64,000 nucleotides of DNA from Eimeria praecox. Its lineage: Eukaryota. Of the stretch, positions 1-20,228 are shown piece by piece; positions within the stretch are counted from its first letter, which is position 1, and each line of letters begins with the position of its first letter. The stretch spans positions 1,612,001-1,676,000 of the forward strand of contig OY986948.1 in NCBI GenBank assembly GCA_963920595.1, read 5' to 3'. The notes beneath the pieces were generated by a model, which saw nothing but the letters and a program-made list of their open reading frames with translations, ran no database searches and was not told where the DNA came from. The translations under genes and the position numbers were made by a program.

Positions 1-2205
1 CTTTTGCAGTTTATTATGGCTAACAGCCTGCCAGAGGTCCCTTTCAGCGGGTGAGCGACACCGAGGAAAGCCAAAGGCCTTTAGCGTTACCTGCCATAGT
101 GGTCTTGGTCCTTGATGGACATCGCAGTTGAATTGGTTGTGCCGTTCCCAGATTGTGGAGGCGCAGTTTGAACAGAAAATGAGCGTAGCGGCAATCGAAT
201 AGATTCTGGAGGCATCGGCATAAAAGCAGCAAACACTGTAGGAATCATTACATCTAGGCTTGACTGGGTAATGCTTGCCACGTGATGGCAGTGGTGTACG
301 CTGCCCTAAACAGCTGATCCGCTCAGAAGCGGATGCCGATGGTGGTAGGGTAAATGCAGGGTTGCTGTACTGCTTACATGGCGGCAGCATTCAGCTTACA
401 TCTGTGGCATGCGCTTTCGAGCACTGCTGGCGGCAATCAGCAGTGTAGCTGGGATTACGTGTGTCGCGTGTCACCGTTTCGCCTGAAGGCGTGTCAGACA
501 TAGAAAATATACTTTGTTGCGCTTGCTCTGGATATTTCCTGGGCAAGATGCGTAGGTAGCATTAGCAACAGTTATACCCTGCGGTAACGGAGGACGATCG
601 TTCGAACGCTTTGAGCATCCATTGACATAGCCAGTGCGGGTCGCCCGTGGAAGGTCTCAGAAGGGTCTTCTCCGGTTGCACATAATTTTTTCCTAAGGGG
701 GATTACTTTTAGGAAGGAGCGTTGTTGTATATGTGCAATGCCGCGGGAAGAGATTGAAGCATTCTTGGAGTAGCTGGAGCTTACAGATTCACGAAACAGC
801 ATTTTGTCTCTACTTGCATAGACTGCTGGCGTCTCAACGAAGAACCAGCCTTTCTGCTACGAACTGTATATGTTACAAGATACAGCTGAACATAAAGCAA
901 TTGCACGTTTCAGCAGGTACACTGTATGCTCCATACTGAGGCTGTCAGGCTTTATCACACAGATATGGTACAAATATCAAGAACTATGTGCATTCTGGAA
1001 GGGTTGTTCGAATGCGATGTTGACCCCGTACCTAGCTGGTGGTGAATGCTTCGGGAGAAACTTTGAACCCCCTGCTGTTTACAGGGAGATTCTCATGATT
1101 CGTCATTAGTCAATACAAAGTTTTGCATTTGGATTTTTGTGCACATATTTGAGTATTTCACAAAGGATGCTACGAAATGGATTTTCAGGGAGTGGGTATC
1201 AACGATTGTGCTGGGCAAGCTCATTTATGCTGGCTTGACTGTGTTCAACACTGCTGTGGTACAGCACATTATGAGGGGAGGTATACATTTGCAATGGAAT
1301 AGGCTTTCACTGCAGGATTCGCATGCGCTCATATGTGCTATTTTGAACGGTACACGCCTAGCGCATGCAGTGCTGTACAAGTAGCGTTTACACGGTGGAG
1401 TTTCAGGTAGTGAGCACAAGAGCTCGCATGCTGGGCATGTTCGTTTATGCCACTTCTTGTGTTTGAGCACTGTTGAGACGGCGGTGCGCTGGGAGGAACC
1501 GTTGGCAGTCCGAAACAAAGAAAATTGCACTTCCTTCAACAGAAATAGTAGACACAAAGCATATACTGAGACCATCCGCCAGACGTCTTCGGGATTTGCG
1601 TAGGCTTGAATTAGGGGCTAGGGCTTTTCGAGGGGATTTTCTCTGTGGCCCACCACAGCTTTAAAGGGGATCCTGCTCCTTGGCCTAGTCTTGTCCTCCA
1701 TTGAATCGTGGGCAGGCGCCGATTTTGCTCTATTACTTTTGTGAGCTGTAGCGTTTGTTTCAGATGGCTTAGTGAACACTTGTTGTGTTGTCACAGCCAT
1801 TCGCTGTCGCCCTGGTTGCATAATGCAGACTCCCCGCCGGTTTGCTGATTGATTATCATCTTGGGTTTTGCAGTGTGATTGAGCGTACTTCGTTGTTCCT
1901 ACCCTACTTCATGCAAATTGAAACAATCAGTTGATTATTCAGATCCCAGTGGTAAGCAACGGTAAACATCAAGTTGGCTAGCTGCTAGTTTCCTCCCAGC
2001 TTGTGTTACTTTTCTACAGCTATTTGGAACGGGCGAGTTCACCAGGGGAAAACTCGCTGTTAGTGTCTGGCCTCAGGGCAGCTAGAGCGTCTGCGCGGAG
2101 AGGGGGGAGATGTGGGAATGTTGAATGGCTTGGCGTTGGTTGTAGTTGGCATTTGGTGTGGATGAGAATTATTGGGTTATCTGTGATATGAGTATCTCCG
2201 TGTTT

Positions 2206-2321
2206 GCCGTCGTTCATACTGCGTCGAATGCACCGGATCCCATCTGAACTCCGAAGTTAAGCGGCGCAAGGCCGCGGTGGGGGACTCCGCGGGAATCCCT
2301 TTGGGTGATGACGGCCTTTTT
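2206..2321 (+). pseudogene. 5S rRNA gene copy with ~10-12 nt internal deletion (probable pseudogene or variant)
   Basis: The 5' end GCCGTCGTT pairs with the 3' GATGACGGC (helix I). Conserved CATAC, CACCGGATCCCATCTGAACTCCGAAGTTAAGC and GCGGTGGGGGACTCCGCGGGAA are present, with a T5 Pol III terminator at 2317-2321. The body is only ~110 nt and the conserved TTAGTACT block is absent after AAGGCC. Confidence 0.85.
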
Positions 2322-3727
2322 GCTGCTACTTTAGACGCTTCTCTCGTGCACTCATAGTTTGTACACTTCACTTCCGAGCGTGATCATGCTGTGAAGTAAG
2401 GAGGTGAGAATAACATTTGCGCTGAAACGAATTGCAGAGCTTGGTTGTGTACTTTCACGAAAACTATATTACGCAAAGGACACATTTGAGTAGTAGTATT
2501 TTGATATTTGAGTAGTAAAGCTTTTTTACGCGTACCCGTTTTGGGGGGTCATTCACCGTTAGGAAGTTCACGTGATTCAACTTTCCCTGGTACAGAATGG
2601 AGAGAATCTGCTTGCACACACAAAACAGCCAACACTACACCGCAGTGGCTGTGAACCCATTGCGGTGTAGTGTTGTGGAATCAATGTTTTATCTACTGCT
2701 GCGGCTTAGGAATCTGAATGGCACTCTAAAAAATATCTGCGAACAAGCGTATTCCGGGCTCAGCACAAACCAGCAATGGCAGACAGGATGTTTTTTGGGA
2801 CAGAAGAAGAAGGCGGAAAAGCAAGTGGAGTTCCGGGCCGCACGTTTCAATCAATGCCCATCCCCCAGATTGTTCAAGGCACTTGAACACTCAAGGCCTT
2901 TTTGCTTTTGGCTAACACTGCTCATTGGAAACTCAGGAAGCCGAGCAGAGACGGCCTTCTTTGTATTCAGAAAATCTTTTTTTGCTTAATTGTAGCCTAG
3001 AGCTTGATGTAGACCTTCCTAGAAAGTTCACTGATCATTATCGGAATATGTATGAGCGATGGGAGGAGCAGCAGGAGGCTCCAATACGCAATGAAGCCGT
3101 CACTACTAAAATTTTCTCTAGGTAGTCTCATTCGTTCAATAGGCATACAAGGCGGCGTGGCACCTTTTTATTAGATGTATGACAAGCGCTTGGATTCACG
3201 CTCCAGCACAACCTGGCGCTCAGTAACAATTCCGTCTTCTGGTTTCAGCGTTTCACTACCCAATTCTGTATGTCAAATCCTATATATATATCTGTGCCAA
3301 AATTATTGACGGCGGTTAAGTATATATTCTGTGAAACTATTGCTATAACACGGTCCTTGAAGGGGGAAAGTTATAGCTAACATTATAATTGTGGTCAATT
3401 ATATTAATGCTTGTGATATATCGTCCAAAATAGCATCAGTTGCTATAACGAACATTCCCCCGTGAAGCGTTACGCGTTATGAAAGTGCGGCATTGTAGCG
3501 GGGAGAAGCATTAGCTCCTAGGCTGCTTGTTTAAATTTCCGAAAAATATACGAAAGAAAACTCCCTAGAGATGCAAAGGACTGAACAACCGTTTAGCAGT
3601 CCCAAAATGTATTGTACACGAGCACATCTCGTTCATACTCGCAACGGATGTTGGTGCTGTCGGGGATCCACTGGTGGGGTAGGCGGTTCCACGCCTTCCC
3701 GGGATACCCCTTCAGCAGTTTATTCAA

Positions 3728-10616
<6,889 letters not shown>

Positions 10617-11240
10617 TTTGGGGGCCCTGCCAAAGCGGAAGCCATGGGCTCCGCATGCAGCGGCTCATCGCTCTCTTTCACTCTCTTTTCTTCATTGTAT
10701 GCTGCCCTGGGGAGGCTTAAGCCTTCGGAGGGGCCCCCCAAAGGAAGCCTGGGTCTCGATGCTACTGTGGAAGCAGTCTGCCCTGCATTTTCGGTGAAGT
10801 GTATGTACAGGTTCTGTATCAGAGCACACTGACAGATCTTCTGTGAGGAGAAACGCTGTTCAAAGGCAGCAAGATGAATATGAGCTTCTTTGGGGGCTGC
10901 AGATTTGAGGGAGAACGCGACGCCCGAGATCTGCGGGGTGTCTATACGCATGCAGAGCTCCTGTCTGTCTAAACAGGTATTAATATTATAAAAGAAGATT
11001 AACGATGGGTGAAGAAAGAAATAAAGATTAGAGCAGAGGCGGATGCTGACCTCCGTAAGAGATGTGCTCGTTGAGGCGCGGGTTCCCCCTGCAGAGTTGA
11101 AGAAACCTACAACGATAGTGCCTCACAATCCATAAAAACTATTAATAAAAGATTTGTAAACATATTATTCAAATTCCACATCATAAATGTGTATTGTGAT
11201 AAGGGGAAGGTATACACAAACAGGAGAGGCAAGAAATCTC

Positions 11241-11324
11241 GCACGGATGGCCGAGTGGTCTAAGGCGCCAGACTCAAGTTCTGGTGGACGTACGTCCGCG
11301 TGGGTTCAAATCCCACTTCGTGCA
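11241..11324 (+). tRNA. tRNA-Leu (CAA), intronless, copy 1
   Basis: 84-nt cloverleaf: GCACGGA/TTCGTGC acceptor stem, A-box TGGCCGAGTGG, anticodon arm CCAGA-CTCAAGT-TCTGG, long variable arm, T-arm GTGGG-TTCAAAT-CCCAC. Confidence 0.97.
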
Positions 11325-11709
11325 CAGATTATAAATTCAATTCATTAAATTTATATATTTTTATTTATTTATTTATCCTCTTTCCTTCATATCCACCGTT
11401 TAAAACCAACAATTTAAAAAATTTGTCTAGCTCAAAACACAGGTGTGGGACCCTCAGCCAACAACAGCATCACAATATGACTAGAAGAATATTTGATTTG
11501 AAAAGGGGAATTGCTGGTGTAATTGAGAAAAATTCAACATTTAAATAAATAAAAGAAAATAATAAACTGTTTCTTTTTTTTGTTGTTGTTCATATTCCCA
11601 CCTTCCTTCGCCTTATTTATGTGCTTTAGCTCCTATTACCAATTATGCATAGTATATCAGGATTCATACAATCGTTTGATTTGCTTTGTTAATATCAATA
11701 AAATATTAC

Positions 11710-11740
<31 letters not shown>

Positions 11741-11980
11741 TATATATATATATTTGTCTTCAGATTAATAATGCCTCAAGTCTTCTTCACCTGTTTCAGT
11801 TAACTGGGGCGGCTGGGATAAAACAAGAATATTTATCTTTGTTATATCTTCTCTAATCGTTTTACTGCATTTGTCTGTATACAAATACTACTTTTCTTGT
11901 TTTTTCAGAGCAAATATACTTAAATAAATATAAATATTTTAAAAAAAAGGTTTATCCATGGGGTAAAACCAAGAAAACTC

Positions 11981-12064
11981 GCACGGATGGCCGAGTGGTC
12001 TAAGGCGCCAGACTCAAGTTCTGGTGGACGTACGTCCGCGTGGGTTCAAATCCCACTTCGTGCA
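11981..12064 (+). tRNA. tRNA-Leu (CAA), copy 2
   Basis: Identical to copy 1; oligo-T run downstream at ~12098. Confidence 0.97.
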
Positions 12065-12321
12065 CAAATTATAAATAAAATTTGTAGGAATATGTTTGTT
12101 TTTTCTATGTTTATACCCCTTATATTATTTATTCTAACATTAAATAAACCACTCTACCCTCGTCTTAATATAAATATTCCATAAAATAAATTAAATAATC
12201 TACAAAAGAATGTTTGAACGTATTTTATCTGTGATGAACACAAACAAAGACAAATTATTTAAAACATAAAAAACAGACAGGAGCATGCAGACAGCTTCAT
12301 TTTAAACGATTGGAAGCAGCC

Positions 12322-12400
<79 letters not shown>

Positions 12401-12460
12401 GGCTTGTTCTATGAGAACATCAAATTAATTAATTAAAAAATTAAAAAAAAAAAGAATAGA

Positions 12461-12544
12461 TGCACGAAGTGGGATTTGAACCCACGCGGACGTACGTCCA
12501 CCAGAACTTGAGTCTGGCGCCTTAGACCACTCGGCCATCCGTGC
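12461..12544 (-). tRNA. tRNA-Leu (CAA), copy 3 (inverted)
   Basis: Exact reverse complement of copies 1 and 2; followed on the minus strand by a long T run (A-tract at 12443-12453). Confidence 0.97.
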
Positions 12545-12582
12545 GAGTGCCTATACCCTTGCAGCATAGTATATATAAACAT

Positions 12583-12621
<39 letters not shown>

Positions 12622-12801
12622 ACAACAAGACATCTCTAATATTTTAGAGAAGAGTGAGAAAGGCTTATATGTATATATGCATGCAAAATGTGTGTATCTC
12701 TCAACACAATTCAAATAAATATAATTAAAGACAAGAGAGTTTAATTTAGTTTATGATTATGTATGTATCTAAAAAAAGATACAATTGTAGTAATATATTA
12801 A

Positions 12802-13785
12802 TTATACAATCTTATGTCTCCTGTTTATTTGGCCCTCACTATTCGCTCGTGTTTTTCTAAACAATCGAGGAGAGACAAACACATGCGGCCTCCCAAGTTT
12901 GTTACGAAAGAAATCTTCGGGGCCCCAGGGGCCCCCCTGACTAGAAAATGGGCCCCCCCCCCCCTGGGGCCCCCGTGGGGGCCCCCCTCTCCCCCCTTCT
13001 TCTTTGGATGTGTCTGCTTGTATAGCTTCTTCGGCTGCAGCACGTAGCTTCTCAAGATCTAGAAAAGGTATTAGAGGCCTATGCAACCACTCAGGTAGAT
13101 CTGCAGCTCTTTCTTCTGTTGCTGTTCTCTTAAGCGCTCGTTCTAATGCTTGTCTTCCCTCCTTTACTGTCTTAACAGCAGCAGCATTAGCAGCAGCAGC
13201 AGCAGCAGCAGCAGCAACTGTTGCTGCTGTTCCTGTTCTTCCTCCTCCTTCCCCCTCTGCTGCTGTTTCTATTGTTTTTTCTGCTGCTGCTTTTGCTGCG
13301 GTTGCTGCAGTTGTAGAAACCTCTTCTTCAAGTTCTGCTGCTTTACCTGGATATGGTGTAGCCTGTAGAGGCCACGGATCTAAATTAAAAGAAGAGGGGA
13401 ATAATGTTTTAAATGAAGAATGATTTGGGGCTGCATGCATGCGTCTATAGGGCCTTGGCAACAAGAATCTACTACTAGAAGGTAGTACAGCTAATAGCTG
13501 TTGATATGGGGATATAGGCTGAGAGTGAGGTAGACTTACTTTTAATTTATTACTATCAAGGGCCCCCAAATCTGATGTTAAAGGAGAATAGTTATAAGGG
13601 TAGCTCCAAGACCATGAGGGGGCCCCCCTATGATAGTAATGTAGGAGAAAGAATAAACCTGCAATATATTTAATACATAATTCATGACGATAAGATTCAA
13701 ATGGTCTACCCCATACACCTTGACGGGGGGCCCCAGGGCCTCCTCTATCTACTGCTGCTGTTCTTGCTGCTGTTCTTGCTGCTCT

Positions 13786-13816
<31 letters not shown>

Positions 13817-13919
13817 TGTTGTTGTTGTTGTGCTGCTGCAGGAGTTGGGACAGTAGCAGCAGCAAGAGAAGGAGGAGAGGAAGAACGCGCACTATCATCA
13901 TCAGCATCATCTGCAGCAG

Positions 13920-13954
<35 letters not shown>

Positions 13955-14363
13955 GCTTCTGCTGCTGCTAGATCTTTAATAGAGAATTTAGAAGCATAAT
14001 ATTCTGCTGCATGCAATGATGATAGGGGCCCCTGGGGGCCCCCAGGGTACATATGTGGGGTCTCTAGTTCAGCAATACGAGAGAAAAAATAGATAAGACG
14101 CGGTAGATGTATTTGAGTCTTCAACGTAATATGCCCTCCCATAGAAATTAAAGCCTTAGTATATATATCTAGTAAGCAACCAAAGCCCCCTCTAAATATA
14201 TTTATGAAGGGAAGAGAAGGGAGAAAGTCATTACCAACAAAAAACGAAAGAAAAACAAAATCATCAATCAAACGGCTTCCTCTAAACCTGCCTATACACC
14301 CCAATTTCGGGGAACAACACCCCACACCTACACCCCTCAGATTTCTTCTATACACTCCAGAAG

Positions 14364-14394
<31 letters not shown>

Positions 14395-14456
14395 AGCAGC
14401 AGCAGCAGGGAAGCTCTTCGTTGAACCTCTTACTCCTCCTCTTGCTCCTGCTGCTG

Positions 14457-14493
<37 letters not shown>

Positions 14494-14633
14494 AGTTGCT
14501 GCTTCGGTTGCTGCTGCTGTAGCTAGAGAAGAAATGAGTCGGCGCCTCAAGGTGTCTATACACACGACTTCAAAATCTTTTGCTGTATACCTCAGACAAT
14601 CTCTAGACGTTGGCAGCAGCAATTCATCCTCTG

Positions 14634-14685
<52 letters not shown>

Positions 14686-14755
14686 TTGCTGTTGTTTTTG
14701 TTGCTTTCTTTTTCCTTTGCCTTTGCCTTTCTCATTCCCTTCCTTCGGTTCCTGC

Positions 14756-14834
<79 letters not shown>

Positions 14835-15033
14835 GTTGGTTTACTAAAGCTGTTTGTATGCGCAGCAGCATTTGTCTTGCTGCTGCTGCTTTCGTAGATC
14901 GTAAAGAAGTTTGTTTCTCTCGTAGTATAAGAAGGCCTGGCCTGTGTCTTACTAGCGATAACACGAGCAGATCTGCATCTAATCCGTATAAACAAATACG
15001 CCCGGGGAGAGGAATCAACAACTCACCCGAACC

Positions 15034-15075
<42 letters not shown>

Positions 15076-15201
15076 TTGATGCTGCTGCTGCTGTTGCTGC
15101 TGCTGGTTTTGGTGTTGTTGCTGTTGTTGTTGTTGTTGGCTGGTTTGAGTTGATGATTCATTCGATATTGGTTGAGATGTTTTCTGCTTTGGGGGTCTCT
15201 T

Positions 15202-15232
<31 letters not shown>

Positions 15233-15367
15233 CCTGCTGCTGCTGCTGCTGTTTTTGTTGCTGCTGCTGCTGCAGCAGCAGCATTTTCTTCTATGTCTTC
15301 AAATGATGGAGGAAGCAGCAGGCGGAATTTCGTTCCAGCTTCTCTGTTTCTGTGTTGCTGCCGCCCA

Positions 15368-15429
<62 letters not shown>

Positions 15430-15887
15430 CACTTCGCTGCTCCATGCCTCAGCAACAGCAGCACTTGAGGGGCCCCACGTTCCCCTCGTCAACAACTCCA
15501 TCAATTTATGCTCTCCTTCCCCCGGAACATCGGCCCCACTCAACAACACCGCGCGCATGCAGCCCCAATATTTGCTGCTTCTTTGTTTATATATTATAAA
15601 TCGTTTTATTGTATTCTCGGCTAGAAACATAAAACGTGTGCCTGGACCGATGCTGTTGATATCAAACTCTCTTTCTTCTTCTTCTCCTTCTTCTTCTCCT
15701 CCTCCTCCTGCTGCTGCTCCTGCTGCATCTGTTGCTGCTGCATCTGCTGCTGCTGCTGTTGTTGCTGCTGCTGCTGTTGTGGCTGCGTTAGTTTGTGTCG
15801 CATTTGTATCTGGCTGCAGGATTTGCTGCTGCTGCTGCTGCTGCTGCAGCATCATCATCATCTGCTGCTGCTGCTGTTGCTGCTGCT

Positions 15888-15922
<35 letters not shown>

Positions 15923-16129
15923 CTGAATCTACGGGCCCTCTGCTGTGCTAGCTTAGCTGCTGGAGGCACACCGTCAAGCGTAATACAAAGAAGAATGCGA
16001 GGACGAACGAGACGAACGAGTAAATCTAAATAAGATAAAACACGCTGCAGCAGCAACGGCATGTGCTGCTGCTGCAGTAAGGGCTGCAGCAGACCCTGTA
16101 CCTGCTGCTGTTGCTCCTGCTGCTGCTGT

Positions 16130-16185
<56 letters not shown>

Positions 16186-16287
16186 CAGCAAACTTAAGAG
16201 AGGAATAGAATTAGGGATATGCCCGTGGATACATAAATGCATTAGGGCGTTGAAGTCAATCAAGAGAGCATCAATAGGCACCTCCTC

Positions 16288-16337
<50 letters not shown>

Positions 16338-16533
16338 CGTCTTGGTTGAGCTTCACTAAGCTGAAGGAGTTTCCCGCTGCTGCTGCTGCTGTTGCTGCTG
16401 TTGCTGCTGTTGCTGCTGCTGCTGCTGTGCTATCGCCTTGAAACTGCTGCAGCAGCATTTCTTCCTCCTTAAGGAGATGCTGCAGCACGCGTTCTCTCGC
16501 ACTGTCTTTCGCATTGCTGCGGTGGCGAATAGA

Positions 16534-16605
<72 letters not shown>

Positions 16606-16847
16606 AGGCTGTGCTGTCTTTCTCCACACATATCGCTGAAGAGGTTGAATGCAAGTAGGGAATTGATTGCATAGCCAGCGATAGAAATGCGGGATTCCTC
16701 TTGCTGCTGTGCTGCTGCTGCTGCTGTTGCTGTTGCTGCTGCTGTTGCTGATGCTGCTGCTGCTGCTGCTGCTGAAGATGCTGCGGTCCGTCGTATACAC
16801 TCTGTGTGGGGCCCAACAGGAACGAAGCCACGGGCAGGCGGCTCCGC

Positions 16848-16891
<44 letters not shown>

Positions 16892-17163
16892 GCATAGGCA
16901 GCAGCAGCAGCTGCTGCTGCTGTATAATGCCTTACTTGAAACCCTAGAGCTCTCTCCTTAGACAAGACAAACTTGTGCTGCAAAGCCGTGGGGCCCCCCT
17001 TATGTGTTGCTGCTGCCTGCTGCAGACACAGCAGCAGCAGCAGCAGCAGCAGTATCAATAGCTGCTGCTGTAGATAAAGAAGCCGACGCAAGTGCAGCAG
17101 CAGCAGCAGCAGCAACTGCTGCTGCTGCTGCTGCTGCTCCTTCGCGTATAGTGTGTCCCCCAT
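12802..17163 (-). CDS. XRN-family 5'-3' exoribonuclease, single exon, 1453 aa, with N-terminal leader and many homopolymer insertions
   Basis: XRN motifs in order: GIPHFYRWL, LIDFNALMHLC, LDGVPPAAKLAQQRARRF, FDINSIGPGTRFM, SGADVPGEGEHKLM, LYGLDADL, IDDFVFLSFFVGNDFLPSLP, SWSWSYPYNYSPLTSDL, PYQQLLAVLP. Confidence 0.93.
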
Positions 17164-17510
17164 ACATGGTTTACTGGGGTATGCCTCGTAGTCTGAGATG
17201 CATAGATGCTTCAGTTATTGTAAATATAAAACAAATAAATAAAAATTAATATAAAATAATTAAAATATATTATATTAATAATATTAAAATAATTTAAATT
17301 AACAAGAAATTAGGAAAATATTTGCTGCTGCGCTGGGGCTGCTGGGCTGTATAGGCAGGTTGTCGATAGCAGCCGACTCCATCATATTTTTATTGTATTT
17401 TATTAAAATATTTGTTCTATTTTTATTAATATTTTAATATTCTTTCATAATATTGTTTTATTTTAGGATATTTATTCTTAGGATTGGTAAGAAGCCACCA
17501 GAAAAGCCTC

Positions 17511-17568
<58 letters not shown>

Positions 17569-18432
17569 TTGCTGCTGCTGCTGCTGCTGCTGTTGCAGCA
17601 GCAGCATCACCATTTATTAGATTGTTTTATTCTGTTTTAGTTTTGTTTTCTCTATTTTATTCAAACTGATTCGTTAACTAATAAGATATTTGAGGTGTAT
17701 GTACACCTCGCTGCATGCATGAGAACGCCTACTGTCTCGACGTTTTCTAGTAAATGTCTTTGTATTTGTTTGTTTTGTTTGTTTCTCTAAACCCTAAACA
17801 CTAAAGAATATAAAGAAAGGAATTAAAATAAAGGATTAGAGGCATTTGCTATTGACTCATGTGCGTTAGAACAGTTGCTGCTGCTGCTGCTGATGCTGCT
17901 GCTGATGCTGCTGCTGCTGCTGCTGCTGCAGCAGCAGAAATTGTTATAACTTGTTTCTTCTCTCTCTGTCGCATTTGAAGAACTTGAAGAACAAAATATT
18001 AAACATCCTAAACTCTATCAACAACAGCGCCGTCTGCTGCTGCTGCGGCTGCTGCTGCTGCTGCTGCGGCAGCTGCTGCGGGTGGTGTTGCCAGCAAATA
18101 ATATACAAAATAAAGTAAATTAAAATAAAATAAAATAAAATAAAATAAAATAAAATAAAATATTAAATAATATTTTCCCTGACTCAGAATCAGGAAGCAG
18201 CAAGGAGACAGAAGAGACAGTTGCATTCATAAGCTGCAGCAGCAGCTGCTGCTGCTGCTGCTGCAGCAGCACTAAGAGCTGCAGCAGCAGCAGCAGCACT
18301 ACGATCTGCAGCAGCAGCAGTAGCAGCACTATAAGCAGCAGCAGCAGCAACACTATGAACTGCAGCAGCAGCAGCAGCAGCAGCAGCACTATGAACTGCA
18401 GCAGCAGCAGCAGCAGCAGCAGCAGCACTATG

Positions 18433-18466
<34 letters not shown>

Positions 18467-18709
18467 CTATGAACTGCAGCAGCAGCAGCAGCAACAGCCC
18501 CAAACGCATGCATCATCAAACCGTCTTCAAAATACAAATATTAAATATATAGCAAATAAACAAAATACAAGAAAAGATATAAATTATATTAAAAATATAT
18601 TAAATAGCTATTTATATAACAAACAAACAAAACATAATAAAATAAAATAATTATATATTCTCTTCTTTCTCTCGCGTTCTATGATAATGGAGTATGCGTA
18701 CGAAGATAT

Positions 18710-18905
18710 AAACCCTAAACCCTAAACCCTAAACCCTAACCCTAGACCCTACAATTAAACCCTAGCCCTAAATCCTTCTTTCAAACCCTAAACGCTAACC
18801 CCAAACCCTAAATCTAAATCCTTAGCTCAAACCCTAAACCCTAAACCCTAAACCCTAACCTCAAACCCTAGGGTTAAACCCTAAACCCTAAACCCTAAAC
18901 CCTAG
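18710..18905. repeat. Interstitial telomere-like (AAACCCT)n array
   Basis: Degenerate AAACCCT units, with an inverted junction AACCCTAGGGTT near 18864. Confidence 0.9.
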
Positions 18906-18971
18906 ATCCTTGTAAACCTTGCATCCGTGCCTCTATCTCTCATCCTCAACATTATTATATTTAAAATATTT

Positions 18972-19011
<40 letters not shown>

Positions 19012-19407
19012 AATATATATTTTAATTGTTGTAGAGGTTAGAGCTGTATGTATACTTGCATGCATGCATGCATGCATGCATACAGCTCAACCCTCCAGCC
19101 CTACAGCAATATTTCTATAATTTATGTTTTTTTTTCTGGAAATGTTTGTTATTTAATTAATTTATTTAATTTTTAATACAATAAAACATACAATTCTTTA
19201 GATATATGGTTCAAACAACACCGAAGAAGGAGAAGGCGTTCCCCCCTGGGGGCCCCCGCCGTTTGACTGCTCGTGTTTCTGTAGCTTTCTTTTGTTTTTT
19301 TTGTAATTTATTTATTTAAAATTAAAAAATTTATTTATTTTTATATTTAAATATATATAAAATTTATTTAGAGGCCGCAGATTCATCATCTTCGATACCA
19401 GCAGCAG

Positions 19408-19441
<34 letters not shown>

Positions 19442-19690
19442 CAGCAGCAGCTGCAGCTGCTGCTGCAGCAGCAGCAGCAGCAAGAACAGCAGCAACAGCA
19501 GATTCAGTATCAACATATCTTTTATTGTTTATTTGTCTCTCTCTCTTTATTTGTATATGTATATACTCTTCTCTCCTCTCTCCTCTCTCCTCTTTCTCTT
19601 TATTAATATTTTATATTTTTATGTTTTCTCGGGTGTATCTGCAGCTCATTTATAATATTATAAATATTATATAATATTAATATTATTAAA

Positions 19691-20197
19691 ATGCGAATCT
19701 CATTCAGTATAAAAAAATCTTCTGACGCAAAGACAAAGGCTGCAGCAGAAGGAGGTGTGTCTGGCGCAGCAGCAGCAGCAGCAGGAGCAGCAGCAGGAGC
19801 AGCGGCAGCAGGAGCAGCAGCAGGATCAACAGCAGCAACAGGTTCAGGTGTACGTACACCTCTCGCTCTGTTTCAACGCGCTTTAGAGGAAGAGAAAGAA
19901 GCAGAAGAGCAACAACAGACAGCCCCTCGTTTATCTCTCTCTCATTTTAATAAATCTAAAGATATAAAACAAGAAGAGAAGCTGCAGCAGCTGCTGCAGA
20001 AGGACCCTAATGTATTAATGTATGATGAGGTGTATGAACAGGTTAGCAGCAATCAAGCGAAGCAGCAGCAGCAACACTCTCAATCTCACCGTATTTATTT
20101 AGGTTATACGAAAGATATAAAAAAAAAAATAGAAGAAGATAATAAAACTGCAGATGTCCTTGCTGCTGCTGCTGCTGCTGCTGGAGGAGGAGAAGCA

Positions 20198-20228
<31 letters not shown>

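Noticed and set aside
1..1900. Possible minus-strand exons (e.g. ~235-91, ~695-578, ~855-785) with GT/AG-like ends
   Set aside because: No recognisable family and I could not join them in consistent phase. A real gene may be present but cannot be supported.
2597..3125. Short plus-strand ORFs, including an exon-like ELDVDLPRKFTDHYRNMYERWEE segment
   Set aside because: No homology recognised and no convincing start or splice chain.
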